Source: Candidatus Hadarchaeota archaeon
GTDB taxonomy: Archaea > CAYQAE01 > CAYVLA01
Reading direction: 5' to 3'
DNA: 64,000 bases
Assembly: GCA_964621445.1 (NCBI GenBank)
Contig: CAZUNO010000001.1
Span: 136,496-200,495 of the forward strand
Position 1 is the stretch's first letter; every line of letters starts with the position of its first letter. The position numbers were made by a program, and so were the translations under genes. Below are positions 1 through 9,464 of the stretch, piece by piece. The notes beneath the pieces are model-generated. The model was not told where the DNA came from. It did no database searches and saw nothing but the letters and a program-made list of their open reading frames with translations.

Positions 1-1288
1 TTTAGTTCGCCAGGTCAAGGACAACGGGCTGAACGAACAGCTGGAAAGTCTGGCAGATAGGGAGGATATTCCACCCGGAAGATTTGCCAGATCGATAGCC
101 GAAGGCAGGTTGGTAGTGCCCTGGAATACCATGAGGGAGAACATAGATCCCGTGGCCATAGGTGAGGGTGCTAGGGTAAAGATAAATGCGAATTTAGGTA
201 CATCAAAGGATATCAGCGAAATCGACGAGGAAATGGCCAAAGCAAAGGTGGCTTTGGAAAGCGGTGCCCATACGTTAATGGACCTAAGCACTGGTGAAGA
301 TACTGACTCACTTCGCCGATATCTACTATCAAGCTTTTCCTGCCCGCTGGGAACCGTCCCGGTTTACGATGCGGCAATACAGGCCCGTAGAAAGGAGGGG
401 AGCATAATTGACATGGATGAGGACCACATTTTCTCCTCTGTCGAGAAGCACGCAAGGGATGGCGTCGATTTTCTCACCCTCCATGCGGCGGTGACCAAAA
501 GAACCGTGGATGCCCTGAGGACCTCAGGAAGAATACTGGGAGCGGTTTCCAGAGGGGGTGCCTTCATGGCAGCTTCGATTATACACTCCGGCCAGGAGAA
601 CCCTCTTTACAGGAATTACGACTATCTCCTTGACCTGGCCTCGGAATACGACTTCACAATTAGCATAGGGGATGGCTTACGTCCTGGTGCCATACATGAC
701 GCATCGGATCGCGCCCAACTGGAGGAGTTGATGGTATCTTCCGAACTCGTTAGCAGGGCGCGGGACAGGGACGTGCAGGTGATGGTTGAGGGTCCAGGAC
801 ACATGGCCATGAACGAGATAGAGGCAAACGTGAGAATAGAGAAGAGGGTTTGTGACGGGGCGCCCTTCTACGTTCTTGGTCCACTGGTGACGGATGTCGC
901 CCCGGGGTTCGACCACATAACTGGAGCCATCGGCGGGTCCATCGCGGCTATGTCGGGGGTGGATTTCCTATGTGTGGTTACCCCGGCCGAGCACCTCTGT
1001 TTACCCGATGCCCAGGACATTAAGGAGGGGGTAATTGCAGCAAGGATAGCGGCGCATGCGGCTGAGGTCGCCCACGGGAGGAATCGAAGCTGGGATGATT
1101 CAATTTCTCGTGCCAGACAGAAACTTGATTGGGAACGTCAAAGGGAATTATCAATGGATGGCTCGGAATTTGACAAAAGGCGTTCCGATAGACCCTCGGA
1201 TGACCCCAGCGTTTGCAGCATGTGCTCTGACCTCTGCGCAATCAAGTTACTGGAGGAATACCTCAAGCAAGGAAAAGACGGGTGTTGA
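1..1288 (+). CDS. thiC: Phosphomethylpyrimidine synthase ThiC (5' end lies upstream of the window)
   Basis: KINANLGTS, LMDLSTG, SRGG, GDGLRPG, EGPGH and C-terminal CSMC-x3-C motifs. The frame is open from base 2 (LVRQVKDNG...), so the true start is outside the window. Confidence 0.95.
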   Translation, partial: LVRQVKDNGLNEQLESLADREDIPPGRFARSIAEGRLVVPWNTMRENIDPVAIGEGARVKINANLGTSKDISEIDEEMAKAKVALESGAHTLMDLSTGEDTDSLRRYLLSSFSCPLGTVPVYDAAIQARRKEGSIIDMDEDHIFSSVEKHARDGVDFLTLHAAVTKRTVDALRTSGRILGAVSRGGAFMAASIIHSGQENPLYRNYDYLLDLASEYDFTISIGDGLRPGAIHDASDRAQLEELMVSSELVSRARDRDVQVMVEGPGHMAMNEIEANVRIEKRVCDGAPFYVLGPLVTDVAPGFDHITGAIGGSIAAMSGVDFLCVVTPAEHLCLPDAQDIKEGVIAARIAAHAAEVAHGRNRSWDDSISRARQKLDWERQRELSMDGSEFDKRRSDRPSDDPSVCSMCSDLCAIKLLEEYLKQGKDGC

Positions 1289-1289
1289 T

Positions 1290-2318
1290 ATGTCGAATAA
1301 TACGGTATCGATAGTGGGCGGTACCGGATATACCGGTGCTGAATTATTAAGGATACTGACCGGACATCCATCCATTGAGGTGGAACACGTCACTTCTCGG
1401 CGAATGGCTGGTACAAAGGTGTGTTCGAGGCTGCCCAATATTACCAATCGTGATTTGGAGTTTGAAAAGCCCGATCCGGCCCTCTTAAAGGAATCGGATG
1501 TCGTATTTACTTGCGTTCCCCACACGGCGGCCATGAATATCGTGCCCGAAATCATCGATGAGGCAAAGGTTGTGGACCTCTCGGCAGACTACAGGATAGG
1601 GAACAGAAAAGTCTACGAATCAGTATACGGCGTGGAACATACCAGCCCGGAACTGGACTCGGTATATGGGCTCCCCGAAATCCATGGTGAGGAGATAAAG
1701 AATACAAATCTGGTGGCAAATCCGGGTTGCTATCCAACGAGCGCCATACTTGCCCTGGCTCCTCTCTTTTCAGAAGGCATATTGGGCACAAGTGACCCGG
1801 TAGTGATAGATGCCAAATCAGGTAGTTCGGGTGCGGGAACTGGCCTGACCTTTGTTACCCATCACCCGGAGGTTTTCGGTTCCATAAAGCCCTACAAGGT
1901 CTCCACCCATAGGCACATGGCTGAGATGGACCAGGAGCTCTCCCTCATTGGCAATTGTGAGGTTACGGTTAATTTCACCCCCCACCTTGTGCCCATATCC
2001 CGAGGCATACTGACCACATGTCACGCCTTCTCCTCCCAGGACCAGGCGGAGGAGGATGTTAGGGAGTTGTACCATGATTTCTATCAGGGGTCGCCCTTCA
2101 TTAGGCTAAGGGATTCGGTACCCGATCTGAGAGGGGTGATCGGGTCTAACTTCTGCGATATCGGTCTGGAGGTGGATGAGAGGACAGGCAGGTTAATCAT
2201 CGTGTCGGCCATTGATAACCTGACAAAGGGGGCGTCCGGTCAAGCTGTTCATAACCTGAATCTAGTGTTGGGTAAAAGGGAAACCGAGGGCCTGGAGTTC
2301 CTGGGGTTATACCCCTGA
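1290..2318 (+). CDS. argC: N-acetyl-gamma-glutamyl-phosphate reductase
   Basis: GGTGYTG Rossmann motif, DLSADYR, ANPGCYPT, SGSSGAG and DNLTKGASGQA. The ATG at 1290 (MSNNTVSIVGG) follows the thiC stop; the ORF-track start at 1056 is an overextension. Confidence 0.96.
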   Translation: MSNNTVSIVGGTGYTGAELLRILTGHPSIEVEHVTSRRMAGTKVCSRLPNITNRDLEFEKPDPALLKESDVVFTCVPHTAAMNIVPEIIDEAKVVDLSADYRIGNRKVYESVYGVEHTSPELDSVYGLPEIHGEEIKNTNLVANPGCYPTSAILALAPLFSEGILGTSDPVVIDAKSGSSGAGTGLTFVTHHPEVFGSIKPYKVSTHRHMAEMDQELSLIGNCEVTVNFTPHLVPISRGILTTCHAFSSQDQAEEDVRELYHDFYQGSPFIRLRDSVPDLRGVIGSNFCDIGLEVDERTGRLIIVSAIDNLTKGASGQAVHNLNLVLGKRETEGLEFLGLYP

Positions 2319-2327
2319 GGTGATGGA

Positions 2328-3557
2328 GTGCGGTTCTTTGAAGGAGGCATAACTGCTCCCAATGGGTTTAAGGCCAGCTCCTGTTCAAGCGGTATAAAGG
2401 CATCCGGCCGGGACATCGCTCTTATAGATAGCACCGTTGAAGCCAATTGTGCGGGCTTGTTCACCACCAATGCGGTAAAGGCGGCCCCGGTCCTAGTCAC
2501 CATGGAACATCTCGGGGCATCTGGAGGCCTGGCTAGAGCGTTGGTGGTGAATTCGGGCAACGCTAATGCCTGTAATGGAGAGCAGGGATTGAAGGACGCG
2601 GGGCGTATTGCCTCCTGCTTCTCGGAGCGACTTGGAACCTCCCCCGAACGAATCCTGCTGGCCTCGACTGGGGTTATCGGAAGAAGGTTACCGGCCGAAA
2701 AGATTCTGACAAGTGCTGATCGGTTGGTAAAAGGTCTTTCAGGTGATAGGCAGTCATCGCATGAGGCTGCGCTGGCAATTATGACCACTGACACCGTGCC
2801 CAAGGAGGTGGCTCTGGAGCTGGAGATAGGTGGTAAGAAGGTAAGGATAGCCGGCATGGCCAAGGGGGCTGGAATGATCCATCCCAATTTGGCGACCATG
2901 CTGGCATTCGTGACCACCGATGCTGGAATGAAACCCCGGACCTTAAAGAATTCCCTGGAACGGGCCGCCGATACCAGCTTCAATATGATCACCGTTGACG
3001 GTGATATGAGCACCAACGACACCTTATTGGCAATGGCCAATGGGAGGTCCAGAGCCCCAAATATAGTATCAAATAGCGCCGAGCATGCTTTGTTCACCAG
3101 GGGCCTGGCCCGTGTCTGTATTAATCTAGCGAAATCCCTGATCCGGGACGCGGAGGGATCCAACCACCTGTTTGAGATCAGGGTAAAGGGGGCGGCCAGC
3201 CCGGAGGATGCAAAGATCTGTGCGAGGAGTATTTCACGCTCAAACCTGGTTAAATCGGCTATTTTCGGACAGGATCCTAACTGGGGTAGGATCATGGCTG
3301 CCGCAGGATATTCGGGGGCGGAGATTGATCAGGAGAGTGTGTGTATAGGGTTATGCTCCGATAGCGGCGAAATTATCGACTGGGTAAAAAACGGCCAACA
3401 GATCTCCGAGAAGAGAAACCAGAAGGCCAAGGATATACTCGCCCTGCCCTCATTTAGAATTGAGGTGGACCTGGGACTAGGCCCTCATGAGGCGCTGTCC
3501 TGGGGATGCGATCTCTCATACGATTATGTGAAGATTAACTCAGAATACACTACTTAA
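2328..3557 (+). CDS. argJ: Ornithine acetyltransferase / N-acetylglutamate synthase
   Basis: NSGNANA, STGVIG, IMTTDT, KGAGMIHPNLATML (autocleavage Thr), DGDMSTND, DPNWGR, and the C-terminus INSEYTT. Confidence 0.96.
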   Translation: MRFFEGGITAPNGFKASSCSSGIKASGRDIALIDSTVEANCAGLFTTNAVKAAPVLVTMEHLGASGGLARALVVNSGNANACNGEQGLKDAGRIASCFSERLGTSPERILLASTGVIGRRLPAEKILTSADRLVKGLSGDRQSSHEAALAIMTTDTVPKEVALELEIGGKKVRIAGMAKGAGMIHPNLATMLAFVTTDAGMKPRTLKNSLERAADTSFNMITVDGDMSTNDTLLAMANGRSRAPNIVSNSAEHALFTRGLARVCINLAKSLIRDAEGSNHLFEIRVKGAASPEDAKICARSISRSNLVKSAIFGQDPNWGRIMAAAGYSGAEIDQESVCIGLCSDSGEIIDWVKNGQQISEKRNQKAKDILALPSFRIEVDLGLGPHEALSWGCDLSYDYVKINSEYTT

Positions 3558-3566
3558 GGAAAATGG

Positions 3567-4241
3567 TCAACAATCCAAATTCTCTGTCTGAAGACCGGTA
3601 AGATACTTCTTCAACAAATTACGAACCGGATATAAGTCCTTCGACCTTATGACTGCCGAGGCAAATCCCTCCAGTTCGGTGGATTTTGGGTTGAAGGCCA
3701 CCGAATATGCCGCCTCCTTGAACATGGAAAGGTCATTCATGTCATCTCCGACACATGCCCATCTGTTTGGCTGAATACCCCTGGCTTCTCCCAATCGACG
3801 CAAGACTCTTCCCTTTTCCTCGAAACCACAGTTCACCCGTACATTTCCAGTTATCCTTCCGTTTTTCATCTCCACTTCATTGGCAATCACCGTATCTATA
3901 CCCAAGGCCCGGCCTACCGTCTTGGCGATGGAAAGTATTCCGGTGCTGATAATGATGGGTTCCACCGCGATTTCACGCATATCTGTTATGAGTTGGTTAG
4001 CGCCGGGGGTTATGTCCATCCTTTGAAGATATTCCTTAATAGGTTTAGAGTCCATACCTTTCCACAGTTCCGCATCCATTCTGGCCCAGGTCTCATAGTC
4101 TATCTGGCCCGAGAAATAGAGCCCCATGTTCCTTTTGCGGCCTTCATTTGTTCCTAGGATACGATGGTAGGCATCCCAGCTAGATTGATTAGGAAGAAGT
4201 ACGCCGTCGAGATCTAGTGCCAGAAGCCCTTGGGATTTCAA
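3567..4241 (-). CDS. HAD-superfamily IB hydrolase, phosphoserine phosphatase-like
   Basis: DLDGV motif I, ISTG motif II and GDDMND motif IV. The likely TTG start at 4241 overlaps the upstream stop (TTGA). Confidence 0.8.
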   Translation of the reverse strand: MKSQGLLALDLDGVLLPNQSSWDAYHRILGTNEGRKRNMGLYFSGQIDYETWARMDAELWKGMDSKPIKEYLQRMDITPGANQLITDMREIAVEPIIISTGILSIAKTVGRALGIDTVIANEVEMKNGRITGNVRVNCGFEEKGRVLRRLGEARGIQPNRWACVGDDMNDLSMFKEAAYSVAFNPKSTELEGFASAVIRSKDLYPVRNLLKKYLTGLQTENLDC

Positions 4242-4765
4242 TCGTGGATCCCCTTCAAGTAGCATCTCATTTTGACCGTGGTGCCCTCGACCTTTCGGCA
4301 GTCACATGAGACCTTTCGGGCGATTGCCTCCACTTCAGAAAATCTATCTTCGAGGCCAGGAGCAAGAACATATACCATGGTGGAGATTTGGGAGAACATC
4401 TTCCCCAGAATTTTTTTCTTCATTTCACCCGTAAAACGTTCAATGCCAAAAATGAGATCAAATTCATCCAGCCAGCCGTTTGTCAGGTATAATTCATCGG
4501 GCCTTGGTTCAAAGTTCTCGGTTAATAGATCAATGCAGTTAAGATCTTGATTGATTTGGACTCCAAGACCTTTCATAGAATCCTGTAGCCCTCCGCAATC
4601 CCCACATACCAGGGCGCAATGGCCATCTAACTTTGATTTCACGTATTCAGCGAATTTTTGGCGAGGAAGGCGGTGGCACAGCGGTTGAAAAAAATCAACC
4701 TCAGCGTCCGACGCCGATTCCAGGATCTCCTCCTTAAGCACACGACATGCCAATATCTTAGGCAT
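4238..4765 (-). CDS. DUF1638-like Cys-containing protein
   Basis: The ILACRVLKEEI N-terminus, GDCGG, NCIDLL and LYLTNGW resemble DUF1638. Confidence 0.6.
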   Translation of the reverse strand: MPKILACRVLKEEILESASDAEVDFFQPLCHRLPRQKFAEYVKSKLDGHCALVCGDCGGLQDSMKGLGVQINQDLNCIDLLTENFEPRPDELYLTNGWLDEFDLIFGIERFTGEMKKKILGKMFSQISTMVYVLAPGLEDRFSEVEAIARKVSCDCRKVEGTTVKMRCYLKGIHD

Positions 4766-4856
4766 GTGTTGTCATAGGGGGTGAGTTGAAAAAATGTTCG
4801 CGGATAGGGTGACATTTTTGAGCCGCCACTCAAATAACGGCGGGATGATTGGATCT

Positions 4857-6110
4857 ATGAGGTCATCTAAACCCCTGGTATGGATACTGATTATTGTGTT
4901 TGGTTTCCAGGCGACGGTTATGGGTTTCGCGGACCTGGAGGTTCGGGACGACTGGGCGATAACAGACAAGCAGGTGGTTCAGGGAGAGACACGCCTTTAC
5001 GCGGGAAATATAACGGTTGAGAGCGGCGGAGAGCTTCTACTGGACGAGGCGGTGTTCGTGTTTAATTCAACGGAGGACAAGCACTTTGGAATTCTGGTGG
5101 AGGAAGGAGGCACGATTCGAATAGAAAACTCCAGGATCAGGACCGTAAACCAGAGCATAGGATTTGCCTTCTTCGCGTACGGATCGGTAGACATCAAGGG
5201 ATCCAATTTTGAGAGTATCTATGATTCAACACTGAATCGAACCTGGATGGGAGGCTTTAGGATTTTTTCCGATGATCCAGTAATTGAGGACTCTACCTTC
5301 ACCGGAGGAAGAAGATACGGTGTTCGTTTTGAGGGCTGTGAGAACATTCGTTTTGTGAATAATGTCATTAGAGAAACCAGTACCGCCCTGTCGGTGACCG
5401 AAAGCAGCGGGGTAATCAGTGGTAACTGGCTCCATGGTAATAGCGATCGACAGGTTTTCGTGAAAAGGTGCGGAAATATGGATTTCCAGTCCAATATCTT
5501 GAATGGAACCGGAATGGCGGGCCTGGTCCTGATAAATTCAACCGAGTTCCAGAGCTCGGATAACGTTCTTGATGGAGGCTTCTACGTGGTCTATGCCAGT
5601 GGGTCCCAGGGTGAGTTTATGGGAGATGAGCTTTACGGCGATTATGTCGTCCTTGAAGGCAGGGATAATTCGGAGATAAAGATGTTCAACTGCCTGGCAA
5701 ACGTTTCCAAGATACAGGCTAAGAGCGGGTCAACCATTTCCTTCCAGAAAACCGTGAATCTCAGGGTCGTGCGGGGGGGAAACCCGGTGGAGAATGCAAT
5801 CGTTGAGATCCAGGATGCTGATGGCTCGGTGGTTGCTGAAGGCAGGACCAATAGTTCGGGATTAGCTTCTTTCAAGATGATCGCCATGAGGGCAAGTGAA
5901 TCCGGGGTCGAGAACAGTGACCCCCATCAGTTCAAGGCGGTTAAAGGCCTATTTTCCTCTTCAGGTCAGGCGAATATATCTACGGACAGCCGAATTGAGC
6001 TGGAAATGAAGTTGCCATGGCTATTCATTGGAGTTGGAGCCCTGGTTGCGATACTGGTGATACTGGTTGTTTTCATGCCCAGCCTGAGATCAGGCAAGAA
6101 AAAACGTTAG
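4857..6110 (+). CDS. Secreted/surface right-handed beta-helix (NosD-like) protein with Ig-like domain and C-terminal membrane anchor
   Basis: N-terminal signal peptide (MRSSKPLVWILIIVFG), parallel beta-helix repeats (IRIENSRI, FVNNVI, ISGNWL), GNPVENAIVEI...GRTNSSG, then a TM helix and a basic tail. Confidence 0.7.
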   Translation: MRSSKPLVWILIIVFGFQATVMGFADLEVRDDWAITDKQVVQGETRLYAGNITVESGGELLLDEAVFVFNSTEDKHFGILVEEGGTIRIENSRIRTVNQSIGFAFFAYGSVDIKGSNFESIYDSTLNRTWMGGFRIFSDDPVIEDSTFTGGRRYGVRFEGCENIRFVNNVIRETSTALSVTESSGVISGNWLHGNSDRQVFVKRCGNMDFQSNILNGTGMAGLVLINSTEFQSSDNVLDGGFYVVYASGSQGEFMGDELYGDYVVLEGRDNSEIKMFNCLANVSKIQAKSGSTISFQKTVNLRVVRGGNPVENAIVEIQDADGSVVAEGRTNSSGLASFKMIAMRASESGVENSDPHQFKAVKGLFSSSGQANISTDSRIELEMKLPWLFIGVGALVAILVILVVFMPSLRSGKKKR

Positions 6111-6114
6111 GCAA

Positions 6115-6693
6115 CTAGGAGCCAAAACGAGAGAAAAAGTTCTTTATTGAACCAAGGAGATCGGCTTCGGGCTTCTCGCCCAGGACCTTGATCTTGTAAC
6201 ACTTGGTGCATAGAGAGTCCTCACTTCTATAACAGTCGGGGCAGACCCCTCTCCCGCACTCGGGGCATATTTTCTGGCTATTTATGTCCAGGGGCTGTCC
6301 ACAGTTGGGGCATACGCGTCTTGCTGCGCTTGCTCCGCGTTCATTAATTGTAGAAAGGGACGATACGATGTTTTTCAGCTGTTCATCAGCTAGGAAGCCC
6401 TGTCTGTTTGCGGCTATTATGGTGGCCACGACATGGGGGCATATCGTTCCCGGGGGCTGGGGACATGCCTTACATCCTGGTTTTGTGGAGTCCATTGAGA
6501 ATTCTACCTTGGTTTCGCTCTTCGATATGGAGGCCGCCGCGAAATCATTGAATCCCATGGTCCCATTCTCCTGTCTAACCATCCGGTGGTCCTTTTCGAG
6601 CTTGACCCCACCGTCAGCTAGTCTGAGGCCTTTATCTATAACCTGGTCCTCGAATCGACCTCTCAACAGACTAAGGAGTTCTTCCTCCTCCAT
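6115..6693 (-). CDS. Zinc-finger protein (SWIM-like CxxC-x7-CxH plus C-terminal multi-CxxC zinc ribbon)
   Basis: CKAC...ICPH, then CPNC, CPEC, CPDC and CTKC. Confidence 0.6.
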   Translation of the reverse strand: MEEEELLSLLRGRFEDQVIDKGLRLADGGVKLEKDHRMVRQENGTMGFNDFAAASISKSETKVEFSMDSTKPGCKACPQPPGTICPHVVATIIAANRQGFLADEQLKNIVSSLSTINERGASAARRVCPNCGQPLDINSQKICPECGRGVCPDCYRSEDSLCTKCYKIKVLGEKPEADLLGSIKNFFSRFGS

Positions 6694-6706
6694 GCCTTAC
6701 CACAGC

Positions 6707-6943
6707 TTACTGCTCTAGCTCCTGCCAATTCCCTATATCGTTGTCTTCCAGGATGTTCTTGGCCTCGTCATCGACCTCGACCAGGACCTGCCACATCTTG
6801 ACGTCATACCCTTTTTTCTTAGCTTCTTTGCCCATCATGTAGTCCTTTATGTGATCCCTTATTTCGGATTTGGCATAAGCGAAATCCAGTTCGGTGTCAA
6901 ATACAACGTATGGCATGCCTTTTCCTCTCCTCTCTATCGGCAT
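6707..6943 (-). CDS. Small hypothetical protein
   Basis: 78-aa ORF with ATG start, colinear with its neighbours and with globular-protein composition. Confidence 0.55.
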   Translation of the reverse strand: MPIERRGKGMPYVVFDTELDFAYAKSEIRDHIKDYMMGKEAKKKGYDVKMWQVLVEVDDEAKNILEDNDIGNWQELEQ

Positions 6944-6995
6944 GGCCCCTTATAATTATTTATGTATCCCTTTCTTGGCCCTGAGGTTATGAATT

Positions 6996-7736
6996 TTACT
7001 GGAGATAAGGGGGCTCCGAATCTAGCTCATTCTCCAGTTGGCCCACCGCCTTTACTTTTTGGGGGTCACCTCTGACAAGGAGGCGAACGGAACCCCTGTA
7101 ATCCGATACACCACCGGAGGAGATATGAAGGGCCCGTAAATCCAACAATTCCTTCAAGGCCTCTATCTCGGTGAATATTTTGCCTTTGATCTTGTACATT
7201 GTGGGAACCTTGTTTGCAGTGTGAATTGGAGAATTTAATTCGTCGCAGACCGCGTCGATGGGTGAGCATATGCTTTTCTCGAGCCCGATTGGGATTACCA
7301 TGGTAATGCGGCTTCCGATGATTCTAGAGTATACGCTTCCTATGGTTCCACCTACAGGGCTATTTGAAAGTACTCCCACCTCCCCTCCACTGTAATCCAA
7401 GGCATTTCCCCCTTTGATGAAAATATCGCCCTGTGACATGCTTTCTATGGCTTCGGCGAATTGCATATCCCTTTGCTGGCCGTCGATTATAACTATCTCT
7501 TGGATATCCTCCTTTTCTTGGATTTTGCTGGAAGGTGCAACGAGTCCCCAGGCAAATTTTTTCTCCGAGAGGTTCACGCCTAGAATTTCCTCCGCCACAT
7601 AACGGTTCGTCGTTCCTTTGGCTATCACGATTATTCCATCTTTGTATACCTTCCTAAGGGTGTCCCAACTGGCCAAGCCCTTAGCTATCAGTCTCTTACT
7701 TTGAGACGTTTTTAAGAGCAGTTGTCGAGCTGCCAC
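6996..7736 (-). CDS. Conserved hypothetical alpha/beta protein
   Basis: SKRLIAKG, KGTTNRYVAEE, FIKGGNALD, PIGLEK and ISSGGV look like conserved motifs of an uncharacterised family. Confidence 0.65.
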   Translation of the reverse strand: MAARQLLLKTSQSKRLIAKGLASWDTLRKVYKDGIIVIAKGTTNRYVAEEILGVNLSEKKFAWGLVAPSSKIQEKEDIQEIVIIDGQQRDMQFAEAIESMSQGDIFIKGGNALDYSGGEVGVLSNSPVGGTIGSVYSRIIGSRITMVIPIGLEKSICSPIDAVCDELNSPIHTANKVPTMYKIKGKIFTEIEALKELLDLRALHISSGGVSDYRGSVRLLVRGDPQKVKAVGQLENELDSEPPYLQ

Positions 7737-7741
7737 TTTCT

Positions 7742-8644
7742 TCAGATCCCCGTTCTAAGTCCTTCCTGTTCCTGCTCCTCCTTCCTCTTGGTCAGAAAAC
7801 GTACCACGATTAATGCAAACAATATAACGGCAAGTAATACCGTGGCGTCCGATAGAAGGTATGATACCATCAGGGAGGCCAGAACCATTCTATCCCCTTT
7901 GGACATATCACGCGTCATGTACCCTCTCAATTTCCGCCTTGATGCCAGGCTATCCACAGCCTGGGAGTAATCCCCGATTTCATCTATCAATCCCAGTTGG
8001 AAGGCCTCCAAACCGGTGTATAGGGAGCCATTGGCCACGTTTCTAACCTCCTCAACGGTCATGTTGGGCCTGCCCGATGCGATATCCGAAATAAGAACCT
8101 CGTAGGTCTCGTTTAGCCTCTTCTGTATGGTCCTGTTTTCCTCCTGGGTAGGGCTTCTCCATGGCTCATAGAGGTCCTTTGCCTCTCCCGTTTTCCATAC
8201 CCAGTACTTTATGCCCTCGTTCTCCAACCATTCGCTATAATCCTCCCATATTGATATAACCCCAACTGAACCGGTTAGCGTGTTTGCGTGGGCCATCAAG
8301 TCGTCGGCAGCGGAGGCTATGTAGTATGCTCCCGAAGCTCCAACCTCATCCATGACCGCAACGTTCGGCTTGGACATATTGTCGAGATATCTCCTTATTT
8401 CCATGCAGGCAAAAGCACCTCCTCCGGGGCTATTGACGTAGAGCACGAGGCCCTTAACTCTAGGATCCTTCTCAGCGTTCTCTATCTGCCTGGTTATACC
8501 CTGAAAGGAATAGATTGGACCCACCAACTGGACGATTCCAATTTGATTGGACATCTGCAGGTAGCTAAATCCAAGAAGACCGACAAAGTAAATGGCTATA
8601 ACCAGCAGGGCCAGGCGGGATGTAATTGAGAATTCTTTAGCCAA
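7742..8644 (-). CDS. sppA: Signal peptide peptidase SppA (S49), with N- and C-terminal TM segments
   Basis: VNSPGG, GASGAYYIA, TGSVGV, KTGEAKD and GLIDEIG. Confidence 0.9.
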   Translation of the reverse strand: MAKEFSITSRLALLVIAIYFVGLLGFSYLQMSNQIGIVQLVGPIYSFQGITRQIENAEKDPRVKGLVLYVNSPGGGAFACMEIRRYLDNMSKPNVAVMDEVGASGAYYIASAADDLMAHANTLTGSVGVISIWEDYSEWLENEGIKYWVWKTGEAKDLYEPWRSPTQEENRTIQKRLNETYEVLISDIASGRPNMTVEEVRNVANGSLYTGLEAFQLGLIDEIGDYSQAVDSLASRRKLRGYMTRDMSKGDRMVLASLMVSYLLSDATVLLAVILFALIVVRFLTKRKEEQEQEGLRTGI

Positions 8645-8808
8645 TGCAAGACCTCATGTGGGAGAGGCTCTGAGATGACTAATATCTCTTTACCAATATG
8701 GAAACCACCGATCCGCATCTCGTGGCTGAGCGTACATATGCGTAACATTTAAAGAAAGAAATGCATTGGGCCTCGTAAGTAACCGACTAATATACACTAT
8801 AGGGGATT

Positions 8809-9459
8809 TTGATGAATGACCTAACACAGCAGGCTAGAAAGGGAACCACCACGGTTGGTTTGGTGTGCGGTGATTGTGCAATACTTGCTGCCGACACCCG
8901 CGCTACTGCAGGTACCCTGATTGCCAGCAAAAGAGCTCAGAAGATATATGAAATAGAACCACACATAGGGCTCACCACCGCCGGGGCCGTGGGAGATACC
9001 CAAAACCTGGTATCAATTCTCAGGGCGGAAGCTAGGCTTTACAGAATGAGAACCAAGGGACCAATAACAGTCAAGGGGCTGGCTACAATGACCGCCAATG
9101 TTATCCACGGGCAGAGATACTTCCCGTACCTCGTTCAATTGATGATGGGCGGTTATGATAAGAATGGTCCCAGTATATTTATGCTTGATCTATGGGGAGG
9201 TCTTTCGGAGGAGAAGGTCGGGGCCACCGGGTCTGGTTCCCCGGTTGCCTATGGGCTGCTGGAGAATCTTTACAGCCCGGAGATGTCCCAAGAGGAAGGT
9301 TTAGAACTTGCTGTGGCCAGCTTGAAGGCGGCAATTGAGCGTGACTCGGCGACAGGAAATACCATAGAGTCGGCTGTTATAGGTGAGGATGGCTACAGAA
9401 AGGTTGAACAGGATACCATCAATAAGGTGTTGAAGAAGGTACCGGAACAGAAGTACTGA
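8809..9459 (+). CDS. psmB: 20S proteasome beta subunit
   Basis: Short propeptide then KG|TTTVG, AADTRAT, ATGSGS and RDSATG. Confidence 0.97.
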   Translation: MMNDLTQQARKGTTTVGLVCGDCAILAADTRATAGTLIASKRAQKIYEIEPHIGLTTAGAVGDTQNLVSILRAEARLYRMRTKGPITVKGLATMTANVIHGQRYFPYLVQLMMGGYDKNGPSIFMLDLWGGLSEEKVGATGSGSPVAYGLLENLYSPEMSQEEGLELAVASLKAAIERDSATGNTIESAVIGEDGYRKVEQDTINKVLKKVPEQKY

Positions 9460-9464
9460 GGTGT

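Noticed and set aside
2249-3295. Long antisense ORFs (348 aa here; also 15978-16787, 32767-33405, 53952-54536 and others)
   Set aside because: They are shadows of well-supported genes on the opposite strand, with Ser/Pro-rich translations and no motifs.
8788-8804. TAATATACACTATAGGG resembles a T7/SP6 phage promoter
   Set aside because: It lacks the CGACT specificity core and the spacing is wrong; there is no vector or phage context, so it is a chance match in the psmB leader.
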